The notes: a model not told the origin generated them from the letters alone. Counted from the first letter of the stretch, positions 49,990 through 59,047 are shown. The stretch is 64,000 nt of DNA from an uncultured virus (IMG/VR IMGVR_UViG_2667527573_000005) (IMGVR_UViG_2667527573_000005:1-64000); one strand, 5' to 3'. Program-made: numbers and translations.

Positions 49990-50145
49990 CTATTCCATTT
50001 CAATCCACTTATAATACTTTCCTATTTGATAATCAAAGCGCCAACCATCCTCAAGGACTTTCGAATGACTATTCTTATATTTCGAGTGATTTAATAACAC
50101 CCTAGGAGAAAACATTATTCTCTGCCAGTTAAATAATTCTTTCAT
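49990..50145 (-). CDS. 51-aa hypothetical protein
   Basis: MKELFNWQRIMFSPRV...; sole gene between site 50192 and near-site 49952. Confidence 0.5.
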   Translation of the reverse strand: MKELFNWQRIMFSPRVLLNHSKYKNSHSKVLEDGWRFDYQIGKYYKWIEME

Positions 50146-50224
50146 TTTTCATTCCCCATTTCTAATAAATTTAAATTTGATTAAAACTACATAAAATAAA
50201 TATTTTATTTTCACTCTAATTTGA

Positions 50225-50338
50225 TCACCAATCCAGTCCTAAATCGTCCATAATACTTGTCATTGCATCATCCTCTTCCTCTATTAAACCGTAATCAGCA
50301 AGCCTGTTTAAATAGTCTTCTCGCTCGTGTTTGGTCAA
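50225..50338 (-). CDS. 37-aa acidic peptide
   Basis: AGGAGG RBS; MTKHEREDYLNRLADYGLIEEEDDAMTSIMDDLGLDW. Confidence 0.55.
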   Translation of the reverse strand: MTKHEREDYLNRLADYGLIEEEDDAMTSIMDDLGLDW

Positions 50339-51162
50339 TTTCTTTCCTCCTTTAATTCCACATTAATGTTCAATACCTTTGCAATACGCTTACCTACCTC
50401 ATCGGAAACTGTTTGCGATACCCTATCCTTAAAGCCATACAGCAATCGACCACCATCCCTAAAACCTTCTTCAATAAGAGAGTCAATCTTTGCTCCCACA
50501 ATTATGTCCAGTTTTCCTGACTCAAACAGCTTCTGAACTTCGTTAGAAACCGCAACACTAATCATTTCTTGTATGTCTTGCCTTGTGATACCTAAGTCAT
50601 TATGTATGAGGTTTTTTATTTCTTTGTATCCACTATTTTTATTTTCAAATGTCTTCTCACATTTATCTAATGGAACAAGAACGCGGTAATCTTCATGTGG
50701 GACACGCCATGCGACTGCCCTCGTTTCAAATCGAACATAAATATAGCGAGGTGGACTTTGATACCCAACAGTTCCAATCTCCCCTTTACAGTAAATATCA
50801 CATTTAGTAATCGTAATAACTTTCTCGCCTACTTTTGCCTTACGATCGGCCATTTCGTAGCGCTGACCGTCAATGTGAACGATGTCGGTCGGTTTGAGTA
50901 CGCGGTATTCGCGATCATATAAGGCGATCGATTGCCCATTTGCGAGTATAGATTCCACATAATAACCGAGTCTTGAGTCGTCTTTTACGAATCGACTGAC
51001 AAACGCCATATCACCGTTTCTATATTCGGATTGACAGTCCGCCTTAACAATAATTATTCTTTCGCCAACCTCCGCCTTCCGATCGACCTCGATGTATTCC
51101 CGCTTGATACCGCCTAGTGTTTCGTCAGCCAGTACGTGGATGTTTACGTTAGATTTCGTCAT
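50335..51162 (-). CDS. Chimeric hypothetical protein with two N-terminal repeats
   Basis: Repeats VDRKAEVGERI...EYRVL and ADRKAKVGEKV...DYRVL, followed by an unrelated helical tail. Confidence 0.7.
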   Translation of the reverse strand: MTKSNVNIHVLADETLGGIKREYIEVDRKAEVGERIIIVKADCQSEYRNGDMAFVSRFVKDDSRLGYYVESILANGQSIALYDREYRVLKPTDIVHIDGQRYEMADRKAKVGEKVITITKCDIYCKGEIGTVGYQSPPRYIYVRFETRAVAWRVPHEDYRVLVPLDKCEKTFENKNSGYKEIKNLIHNDLGITRQDIQEMISVAVSNEVQKLFESGKLDIIVGAKIDSLIEEGFRDGGRLLYGFKDRVSQTVSDEVGKRIAKVLNINVELKEERN

Positions 51163-51600
51163 TTATTCCGCCTCCCTTTCGCTTTTTAATTCATTTCGAA
51201 TCCGCATCAGAATCTTTCCAAGTTTATTTTCACCTTGGCCTTTACACATGCCCCAAATAACATCTCCCCATGTATTTCCTTCAATTAATTCAGACGTTCC
51301 TGTTGCGAGCAAACGTTTTTTAAGGTCTCTGTTTTGTTTAAATTTAGCTAGGACAATTTCATACATATATTGTTCTTTAACTTCTTCCCAATCATTCCGT
51401 AACTGAACGTTACGTCCTTTTCTCTTAGCAAGATTTGGTGGGAGGTCTGCGAATTGTTTTCTAATTTCGTCAGTCGTGACTTTCATAGCTTGGAATGCTG
51501 CTTCATTGTTCTGATATGTGATACCTTCGTATGTAACTGGTGAATTATAAAAGTTACTCAAAAAATAATATTTGCCTCGAAACTCATCAATTTTGTTCAT
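51163..51600 (-). CDS. NADAR family N-glycosidase
   Basis: FLSNFY, EAAFQAMK, AKRKGR, DWE, KFKQN, LIEGN.W.D..WG, N.LGKILM. Confidence 0.92.
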   Translation of the reverse strand: MNKIDEFRGKYYFLSNFYNSPVTYEGITYQNNEAAFQAMKVTTDEIRKQFADLPPNLAKRKGRNVQLRNDWEEVKEQYMYEIVLAKFKQNRDLKKRLLATGTSELIEGNTWGDVIWGMCKGQGENKLGKILMRIRNELKSEREAE

Positions 51601-51639
51601 TTAACTATCCTCCTAAGTTATTAAAATAAAAACTATCTT

Positions 51640-52086
51640 TTATTTGAAATATTGCACAACTCCATCACCCTCAAAGTTAAATGGCTGTGGTGGCGGAGTT
51701 GATCCTAACAAGGCGTATGATTTTTGTCGCATTTGTTTAAATGCCATTGATAAATTTTTCGATTTCATCAATTTTTCAAGTAACTGTTTCCCTATTTGCT
51801 CTAATATTTTCATAGACTCATTTTTAGTTATGTCCATTTTAGGTATTGGTAAGTCCATAACTAATGCACCTGTCGTTATCTCTGAAACCTTTAAGGTATC
51901 ATCTAATGGTGTCACACAAAAACTATATCCACCGACAAATACTTCGTGACCAACTGCCTGCTTCCAATGATTTTTGTAATTTAAGCTGAAACGCTTCAAA
52001 TTAGCATCAACTATAATTTTTTCACATTCCAAATTGAGCATCCTCCAACTTGTGATTATTCGTATATATCTTCTTTGAAATCCCAT
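51640..52086 (-). CDS. Hypothetical phage protein
   Basis: ORF; likely start near 52040 after GGAGG. Confidence 0.7.
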   Translation of the reverse strand: MGFQRRYIRIITSWRMLNLECEKIIVDANLKRFSLNYKNHWKQAVGHEVFVGGYSFCVTPLDDTLKVSEITTGALVMDLPIPKMDITKNESMKILEQIGKQLLEKLMKSKNLSMAFKQMRQKSYALLGSTPPPQPFNFEGDGVVQYFK

Positions 52087-52379
52087 AATGTGGCGTTTGA
52101 TTTATTCTCATTATCATTTTCTTTCATTTCAAACTCTTCAGTATTGAACGAATAATAATTCTTCTTAACCTTGGCTAAGATTACCCTTTCGTCGCCATAA
52201 ATTTCATTTCCATTGATCTGGGTGTCCTCATTTAGATTATCTTTAGTCCGCTCATATGCTAAATTTGCTTCGTCTTCATCATCATAAACCCCAATAAGAC
52301 CAAGCTCATGTTCAAATACCATCCACAATTCATTATTTTTACTCATTTCATTGAGCCTCCTCTTTCTGTTTAAAATCAC
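52056..52379 (-). CDS. Acidic hypothetical phage protein
   Basis: ORF; likely start MSKNN after AGGAGG. Confidence 0.7.
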   Translation of the reverse strand: MILNRKRRLNEMSKNNELWMVFEHELGLIGVYDDEDEANLAYERTKDNLNEDTQINGNEIYGDERVILAKVKKNYYSFNTEEFEMKENDNENKSNATLWDFKEDIYE

Positions 52380-52470
52380 GATTTTAAGTTAATTTTAAAG
52401 CGTATCACATTGAAGAAACCTATTTTCATTGGTAAAATTTTCACAAGTAATATTTAGATGAGGTGACATC

Positions 52471-52845
52471 TTGAATAGAAAAATAGGAATCGCAGGCTTT
52501 ATCATCTGTTTTTTAATACAATCATTTTCAGACACTGGCTCACTATTGCATGAAATTAACTCTCTGTTGTTTTTTGTCTTTTTAATGATTTACTTCTTTG
52601 ACCAAGCAAAAAGTTATTCCAATGCATCACTTGCTGTAATATGCATATCCTTTCTCATACTATTTTTTTGTGTTTATAGGCTTCTTTCCTTTTCCCGTGA
52701 CTTATTTGACAATGTGAATATAAACTTTGGATTAATTTTTATTCTCCAAATCACAATAATAATTGGATCTGTAACAATAGCTATGAGTATAATGAAACTG
52801 ATCTGTGATCGCCTAAAAAAGAAACAAAACGGTAAAGAGTGTTAA
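52471..52845 (+). CDS. yoqO: YoqO family membrane protein
   Basis: 124 aa, four hydrophobic segments, opposite strand as in SPbeta. Confidence 0.7.
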   Translation: MNRKIGIAGFIICFLIQSFSDTGSLLHEINSLLFFVFLMIYFFDQAKSYSNASLAVICISFLILFFCVYRLLSFSRDLFDNVNINFGLIFILQITIIIGSVTIAMSIMKLICDRLKKKQNGKEC

Positions 52846-52860
52846 TTCCTCTTTGCCTTT

Positions 52861-53076
52861 TTATGCTAAACGCTTCTTTCTATGCGGTCTTTTATGTATG
52901 AAATCGAATGCTAAATCTACTTCCTCCGGTTCCCTTTCCTCTTTTACTCGCTGCGTAACAACAATGAGTTGACCATTTTCTTGGCGATCAATGCTCTGGA
53001 CTGAATATCCCTTAGCAGCGTAATGCTCACTTATAATTTCATCAACATGGTTGCTATGCAGATTCGTCTTTATCAT
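52861..53076 (-). CDS. YoqN-like protein
   Basis: 71 aa, GGAGG RBS, synteny. Confidence 0.65.
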   Translation of the reverse strand: MIKTNLHSNHVDEIISEHYAAKGYSVQSIDRQENGQLIVVTQRVKEEREPEEVDLAFDFIHKRPHRKKRLA

Positions 53077-53255
53077 TCAAATAACCTCCACTTATTTTAT
53101 TTTTATTCTTTATACGTTTATATGTATTCCATCCGCAGCTGTCAAAAATGCTTATGTCCGCTCCAAGGTGCCATTTAAACCAAACTAAGTTAAACCAGGC
53201 GATTTCAAATACGTATTTGATGTATCCTATCCTATTGCCCTCCATTCTGCATAAT

Positions 53256-53447
53256 TTATTGTGATTTATTTTCCAACGCTTTTAATTCTTCTTTATACAA
53301 AGGTAAAATAGCCTTTTCAGCTTCGGCCTTAGACACACCATGCTGCTCCATATATGTAACAATATCCATTCCAATGTTATTTCCTAGCTCGGTTTCCCAA
53401 ACTATGTAATCAGCCATAGCAAGATTTCCATCCATTAAGTAGTTCAT
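53256..53447 (-). CDS. Hypothetical phage protein
   Basis: 63 aa with RBS. Confidence 0.6.
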   Translation of the reverse strand: MNYLMDGNLAMADYIVWETELGNNIGMDIVTYMEQHGVSKAEAEKAILPLYKEELKALENKSQ

Positions 53448-53472
53448 CCCCTTTCTATATAAAACAGTCTTT

Positions 53473-53667
53473 TTATTGAAAATATTTATCTGATGTGCGG
53501 GCCATGTCTTCCCCGCCTAAATAGTTTTTTATTTCATTTAAGCTATAAATGACCTTATCGAATTTATCCCTAATGTGCAGTGCATATTCAACTGATGAAT
53601 CAGACATCCCTAATTCCTTTAGATTTGTGTCTAATTCTTTAAAGTAGCCTTGTAACTTTACGTTCAC
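53473..53667 (-). CDS. Hypothetical phage protein
   Basis: 64 aa; stop codon lies inside the palindromic site at 53460. Confidence 0.6.
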   Translation of the reverse strand: MNVKLQGYFKELDTNLKELGMSDSSVEYALHIRDKFDKVIYSLNEIKNYLGGEDMARTSDKYFQ

Positions 53668-53715
53668 TAAAAACTCTCCTTTTTTATTGAATTCTTTTCT
53701 TATTAAACTTCAATT

Positions 53716-53940
53716 TTATTTTGATTTAATCTCAACAATTAGACTGTCAGGATAGTTCTTCAAATCAAGTGCGTTTACATGACAGTGACCTACATATCCT
53801 TCTTTATCAACGTAATTATAATAAAACTTTTCCCCATTATTAATGATAACTTCACCCTGATGTGTATACTCCATCTCTAACTTTTGTGCCAGGTATGATT
53901 TTATTTAAATCAAATATTGTTATTTCTTTTAGCAAAATCA
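53716..53940 (-). pseudogene. Frameshifted small gene
   Basis: MILLKEITIFDLNKIIPGTKV / EMEYTHQGEVIINNGEKFYY...IVEIKSK in two frames; bounded by sites 53970 and 53703. Confidence 0.55.
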
Positions 53941-53993
53941 TTTCCTCCATTTCCATTTTCCACTCTCTATAAAATTTTACTTTTATCTAGAAT

Positions 53994-56201
53994 TCATTTG
54001 GCTTCCAATACCACAGTTTCTTTTTCAAAATCATTTCTCAATTTGATAATGGAAGTTGATTTTAGATACCCTCTGTCCTTTGTCTTAGCCCATGCAAAAA
54101 ATCTATTATGCAAAGGAGTGTAAAGGCTTCCTGTGTTAACCATATGCTCATGTTTGTTGCTGATCTTATGCTTTACTCCCCTCATTTGTTTCCAAAAGTT
54201 ATAGTAAGGGAGCTTAAGTTTTGTCATGAAGCCAGTAGCATCTTCAATTACATAACCCTCTCCCTCAATTGAAAAATCTTGTGACACGTCCAGATACCAT
54301 CTATAGAAATCTGTCCAGTTACTAAACTCCGCAACTTGTTTTTTGCACTCAATGGATAAACACTCTGCAGTAGCTTTCACTTCACTGTAAGGGAGTTTTT
54401 CATATATCATTTGCCTTTTTACGATGTCTAATAGGACTAGCTTGTCTTTACTGTATTCAATGATATGCGGATCTTTTTTTGGAAGTATTACTTCAAAAAC
54501 GAATGAAACATTATTTAGCTTCAGATAATCTTTAATGATATTTACCTTAAATTCATCAAAGGACTTGAAGAACAGCTCCTCGACCCATTTTGCATGGTCA
54601 TTTGATAATTGAGATGTAAAGGATTTAGAAGTGAATACCAACTGATCTGACAAAGAGTCATACCCTACAGTCCCTAAATATCCATTCGCCTTATCGAAGA
54701 CTGTTACTGGAAACTTCATTGTATCTACGAGATGATGCATCCTTGTTTCAGACCGTTCTCCAATATTAAAAAATTTATCATAGCTTCTACTTACAATTTC
54801 ATTGCTCTGGGTGTTAATAAACAAGCCCCTTGCCTTAATATTTGTTTCATCCCACTTTTTCTTTCTAAAGGCTTGCTTTGTAAAATTAAATGATGAGATA
54901 TTGTTTGGCATCTTGTTCTCTTGGACATATTCATGATCACGTAAGTGGGAAACCAAATCATCAATTGTTCCAACAGTTACACTATTACTCTGCACATCAC
55001 TTGAACTTTGTTTAAAAACTTTATTCTTCACTTCATGCGTTTCAATTCCGTTCTCAGACAGTGTAACGACTCTAAGATGACCTCCTCTTTCCACTTGCCC
55101 TTCCAGGTTATAAGATCTTTCTGCTGCTAACACAGGTAAACGGTACATGTTTCTATGTCCATGAATCTGTACAACATTTTGGCCAGCCGTATTTTTTGCA
55201 AATTCATAATCAATATCGTCTGAATAATCTCCAACTCCATTGATGAATTGTGTTGTTGCGGTCATCAAGAGATTTTCAGGTACGGTTGAAACTCCTCCAT
55301 GAGTTACAATGTATGTAGTGTTTTTATATGTAAAGTAAGCTAACTGATGAAACTTCCTGGCCAACTGTCTAATGTCTTTTTTATCAATGTTGGATTGTTC
55401 GATTTCTGGTTTAGTTTTGTTGTTAAATGTGCTGCTAGGTGTTTCTTCATCATTCCCATACATATTGATATATCTATCGTGATTTCCTTCCAGAATAATC
55501 ACATTTTTATTATCTTTAATTTTGATCATGAATTCTAATAGCTGTGCATTTTCAATACCTCTGTCGATAAGATCTCCTACAAAGATGTATAGTTCATTTT
55601 CATTTAAATCACCGTTTAAGTACTCTTGAAGCACAGTATTACACCCATGAACATCTCCGAAAATATGAATCTTTTTATAATCGTCAAAACATCTCGGCTT
55701 ATAAGTCATCGTGTTGTCAAACTCATCTGGTTTTAGAACAGTTACCCAAGATGGCACTTTTTCTGTTGTCATTCTTTCATAAATATTTATAATACTGCTT
55801 TCAGGAACATGTTTATGTTCAGCCCTCATTTTATTTCTTTTTAAGATTCTCCGAACATCAACATCAGAAAAATCAACTACATATACACGGTATCTATATT
55901 TTTGAGCTAGTGGCTTATATCTTGAAATCATGCTTTGCTTTGAATGAGTTGCATCGATAATTGTGAATTCACCGCGATCCATCCTATCTTCAAGCAACTT
56001 TAGTAATAAATCCCACACCTTGTTGTCGTGTTTTGGAGAGATTTCATATTTTCCACTTTTGTTTAACACAGGTGACTGAAACAGCAGTCTAATGTTGTCT
56101 GCAGAAAGAGTGTATTGCTCAAGTCCATTTTCCTTAATCCAAGTTGATTTCCCCACTCCTGGGCACCCTCTTAATAACACTAATGTTCTCATTTCCATCA
56201 A
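53994..56201 (-). CDS. Trifunctional RNA repair enzyme: polynucleotide kinase + metallophosphoesterase + Rnl1-type RNA ligase
   Basis: GCPGVGKS and IIDAT; GDVHG, GDLIDRG, GNHD, THGG, HGH; ARGLF, YDKFFN, KANG, FVFE, EGYV, KLK. Confidence 0.9.
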   Translation of the reverse strand: MMEMRTLVLLRGCPGVGKSTWIKENGLEQYTLSADNIRLLFQSPVLNKSGKYEISPKHDNKVWDLLLKLLEDRMDRGEFTIIDATHSKQSMISRYKPLAQKYRYRVYVVDFSDVDVRRILKRNKMRAEHKHVPESSIINIYERMTTEKVPSWVTVLKPDEFDNTMTYKPRCFDDYKKIHIFGDVHGCNTVLQEYLNGDLNENELYIFVGDLIDRGIENAQLLEFMIKIKDNKNVIILEGNHDRYINMYGNDEETPSSTFNNKTKPEIEQSNIDKKDIRQLARKFHQLAYFTYKNTTYIVTHGGVSTVPENLLMTATTQFINGVGDYSDDIDYEFAKNTAGQNVVQIHGHRNMYRLPVLAAERSYNLEGQVERGGHLRVVTLSENGIETHEVKNKVFKQSSSDVQSNSVTVGTIDDLVSHLRDHEYVQENKMPNNISSFNFTKQAFRKKKWDETNIKARGLFINTQSNEIVSRSYDKFFNIGERSETRMHHLVDTMKFPVTVFDKANGYLGTVGYDSLSDQLVFTSKSFTSQLSNDHAKWVEELFFKSFDEFKVNIIKDYLKLNNVSFVFEVILPKKDPHIIEYSKDKLVLLDIVKRQMIYEKLPYSEVKATAECLSIECKKQVAEFSNWTDFYRWYLDVSQDFSIEGEGYVIEDATGFMTKLKLPYYNFWKQMRGVKHKISNKHEHMVNTGSLYTPLHNRFFAWAKTKDRGYLKSTSIIKLRNDFEKETVVLEAK

Positions 56202-56220
56202 CCTTTCTATTTTTCACTTT

Positions 56221-56571
56221 TCATCCAAACTGCTTTCTCCAAGGGACTTTGCCCACAACACTGTAATCAAGCATTTCTTCGCAACTTTTACACAGAGTTG
56301 ATTTAATTATCGTCATATGGAATGAATCCCACTTACCACAACAATGACACGTCTTTTCAAAGGCTGCTGACTCCTTTTGTTTTTCCCTTTCAGAGCCCGT
56401 TCCAGTTAACAATAAGCCGTTACTATAAAGATCGTTCTGTCTCACTTCTGCTTCTACACACCAAGGGTATATTCGCTTCTTTAAGTACCTTTCCACTAAC
56501 GACTTGCTTTGGTTACTTCCGATCTTCATGAACTCTCTATTTTCAGTAAGGTCAACTGTTCTTTTCATCAC
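56221..56571 (-). CDS. Zn-finger-like hypothetical protein
   Basis: CHCC...LCKSC. Confidence 0.7.
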   Translation of the reverse strand: MMKRTVDLTENREFMKIGSNQSKSLVERYLKKRIYPWCVEAEVRQNDLYSNGLLLTGTGSEREKQKESAAFEKTCHCCGKWDSFHMTIIKSTLCKSCEEMLDYSVVGKVPWRKQFG

Positions 56572-57302
56572 TTCGCCCTTTTGAACAGTTTTTTAAACCA
56601 ATTTTCCTTTTCGTTAACTACTGAAAATCCGGGATTATTCATCCTAAACCCATTTGCTATCTTGTCCATGCTGTTTAACTGTATCTTCAATTGCTCAATA
56701 TCTTGGGGTGTATTGATGGTCATTGCAATATTGGATTCTTTTGCTTCCTGTACTTCGGAAATCATCTTATCTAAAGTGAGATCACAATATTCGTCTTCCC
56801 AGTCACCTATGTAATAAAAACGTTCAATCAAAGTACCGCTCGATTCATCTTGAAAAGTGCCAAATAAAATTGGATCTTTATCTCTCCGTTCTTTTTCGAT
56901 CTGCCTTTCAACCTTCCCCGTATAATCTGTAAACACCACATAAAACCGATCCAATTTGTCTTTCACTTTGTTGTATTTAATGATTACCTCATCAGGGATT
57001 TCACGTTCGTAATTTTCAAGCTCAATAATTTTGACTGTATCTTTTGCAATGTTATCTATGTATTCTTCAATGTCGTCCCGATAAACAAACGTATCAATAC
57101 CAAGCTTTACAATCTCCCGTTCTTTTTCAATTGATTCTAAATGGAATATCAGTTTCTTTGCAGCTTTAATTTGATTGGTTTGCTTATATTTATTGAGTAA
57201 TACCAAGCAATTGTCGTAATACCTTTGAAGCTCTTTGTCTGTAACCTTATTTTTCTTTGATTTAATCATGTCGAAATATTGATTTGGTTGTAACATTTCC
57301 AT
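56568..57302 (-). CDS. Hypothetical phage protein
   Basis: 244-aa ORF; KDPILFG, YYIGDW.DEYCDLT look like conserved motifs. Confidence 0.8.
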   Translation of the reverse strand: MEMLQPNQYFDMIKSKKNKVTDKELQRYYDNCLVLLNKYKQTNQIKAAKKLIFHLESIEKEREIVKLGIDTFVYRDDIEEYIDNIAKDTVKIIELENYEREIPDEVIIKYNKVKDKLDRFYVVFTDYTGKVERQIEKERRDKDPILFGTFQDESSGTLIERFYYIGDWEDEYCDLTLDKMISEVQEAKESNIAMTINTPQDIEQLKIQLNSMDKIANGFRMNNPGFSVVNEKENWFKKLFKRAK

Positions 57303-57318
57303 CTTTCCACTCCTTTAC

Positions 57319-57567
57319 TTAATCTAATTCCCTCATGTCTTCTCTCTGCTCAATATAACTTTTAAAGTCCTCCCACTCTCTATCGATCTCTTTAATATTC
57401 CTAGCAATATAGGCTTCTGCAATGGCTGGATCAATCAACTTTTGAAGAGACAGCTGATACATAAATTCAATCTTTGACACTGTTTCTAGAAATGACTGGG
57501 CATAACTTTTTGCTTTATTTAAGCGATATTGACTCATTCCATGTTTTGATTCCATTATTATTCTCAC
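57319..57567 (-). CDS. Hypothetical phage protein
   Basis: ORF with AAGGAG RBS. Confidence 0.7.
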   Translation of the reverse strand: MRIIMESKHGMSQYRLNKAKSYAQSFLETVSKIEFMYQLSLQKLIDPAIAEAYIARNIKEIDREWEDFKSYIEQREDMRELD

Positions 57568-57605
57568 TCCTTTTAATCACATTAAAATGCATCTTTTATT
57601 TTAAA

Positions 57606-58652
57606 TTAACTGTAGAGGTTATATGTAGCTTCATTTATTTTAATTTTCCTGTCATCCATGAATAAGATATATGCATGGTCAAATTTCCCTTTGTTTTTCC
57701 CCCTAGTTAAAAACTTTGGCTCTGATACATTTAAACCATTTTCATCAACATATTCTTTCATCATTCTAAAGGCTTCTTGACTGTACTTTATTTCGGAAAC
57801 AGTTTGACCCCCTTTTTCCGTAAGATTAATACTAATACAATCATCTTGGTAACCAGCAGCACCTTTAGGGGTTTTATAAAACCCAAGGTCTCTTGCTAGA
57901 TTCTCTGCAAATCTAATATGTGGCTTATGAGTTAAAGAGAATACATTAAATTTTCTGGCTATCGATTCTGCAGACATGTCTCCTTCTCTAAGAACTGTGG
58001 TTTTAGAAATTTTGTGGCTAATCTCATCAACTTTGTTGTTTACTTCTTCAATCCTTTTATCATTTAGATATTGGTTTAGTTCAAGTTTACAAGTATTTAA
58101 TTGGTTAATTGCAACTAAATCAGCACTATCAACTTTAAGAACATCTTCATACATCTTAATTTTCATCTTTAAGGTTCTTTCATGAATATCTTCAGTTCTC
58201 ATTATTTCATTTTCAATTCTATCGAACTTCCCTTCTTTACTTAGTTGCGGATTGACTTCTCTTCTCATAAATTTTTTGAACCTGTTCGCATGACCAGAGT
58301 TTGAATAATGCATAACCCCAAAAATTCCTTCTTCTAAGACAATATCTAAAGTAGGTACTCTCCAATATTGCTGTTTTAAAGTCGTTGCCAAATTGGCAAC
58401 GAGTGAAGGTGAGTCGTTGCCTTCCAGGATACTCTTCTTAAAAATTTTCAAGTTATCGTCTGACAAAGATATGTATTCAAAACCTTCCTCAAATTCTTCT
58501 CTTGTTTTGATGTTATGCCATGCTTTTCTTACATCCTTATAACCTTCAAAGGACATTAATTCTGAAGCAAGAGTTGCAACTTTACCGTCTAATTCAAATA
58601 AAAATAAATTCCTGTTCTCATCGATAGAGAAATTAATAATATTTTTTTCCAT
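57606..58652 (-). CDS. Bro-N domain antirepressor-like protein
   Basis: LASEL...GY.D...; EEGIFGVM..S....A.RFKKFM..EV.P.L pattern; coiled coil. Confidence 0.75.
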   Translation of the reverse strand: MEKNIINFSIDENRNLFLFELDGKVATLASELMSFEGYKDVRKAWHNIKTREEFEEGFEYISLSDDNLKIFKKSILEGNDSPSLVANLATTLKQQYWRVPTLDIVLEEGIFGVMHYSNSGHANRFKKFMRREVNPQLSKEGKFDRIENEIMRTEDIHERTLKMKIKMYEDVLKVDSADLVAINQLNTCKLELNQYLNDKRIEEVNNKVDEISHKISKTTVLREGDMSAESIARKFNVFSLTHKPHIRFAENLARDLGFYKTPKGAAGYQDDCISINLTEKGGQTVSEIKYSQEAFRMMKEYVDENGLNVSEPKFLTRGKNKGKFDHAYILFMDDRKIKINEATYNLYS

Positions 58653-58690
58653 ACTTTTTACATCTCTCCTTTTATAAATCTCGATAAAAC

Positions 58691-58930
58691 TTACATTTTA
58701 TTTTGATTCTTAATGATTTCATTCTTTCTCTCTTCATTTGTAAAAACAATATCCTTTAAAATAAACTGTATTTCTTCGAGGTTGTCCTTAACAAAGTCCA
58801 AATCACCAATGGTCTTTCTTATTTCATCCTTATTCAAGTTATGTAAAGCTCTGTTGCATGAAGCAAAAACCTTTAAAAATTTTTTCATGACCATGTTTTT
58901 TATTTCTTTATTCTGCGGATCATTAATCAA
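58691..58930 (-). CDS. Hypothetical phage protein
   Basis: 79 aa; stop codon within the site at 58685. Confidence 0.65.
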   Translation of the reverse strand: MINDPQNKEIKNMVMKKFLKVFASCNRALHNLNKDEIRKTIGDLDFVKDNLEEIQFILKDIVFTNEERKNEIIKNQNKM

Positions 58931-58971
58931 ATAAAAGCGACATCTCCTTTCTTTAGTATCTTTATGATTTG

Positions 58972-59022
58972 AATTATACAGTTCATGGGATCATATGTAA
59001 ATAGTAATTTTATTTTTATTCT
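58972..59022 (-). promoter_or_regulatory. SigA promoter with upstream repeated element
   Basis: Minus strand AGAATAAAAATAAAATTACTA-TTTACA-17 nt-TATAAT (TG extended). Confidence 0.82.
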
Positions 59023-59047
59023 TAATTTGTTTAAAAACAAGCTTTAC

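Larger units (their letters stand above)
6076..58700. repeat. Dispersed palindromic site TAAAA-N6-TTTTA (21 exact copies by manual scan)
   Basis: Starts: 6076, 9585, 15110, 17457, 19245, 27361, 27730, 28626, 29108, 30477, 32528, 44780, 46364, 48032, 50192, 51627, 52371, 53460, 53970, 57583, 58685; near matches 8317, 8662, 49952, 53703. Confidence 0.92.

Noticed and set aside
6076..58700. TAAAA-N6-TTTTA as intrinsic terminators or a CRISPR-like array
   Set aside because: A/U-only stems are too weak, loop length is fixed at 6 and sites lie within co-transcribed runs; spacing is irregular and gene-sized, with no cas genes
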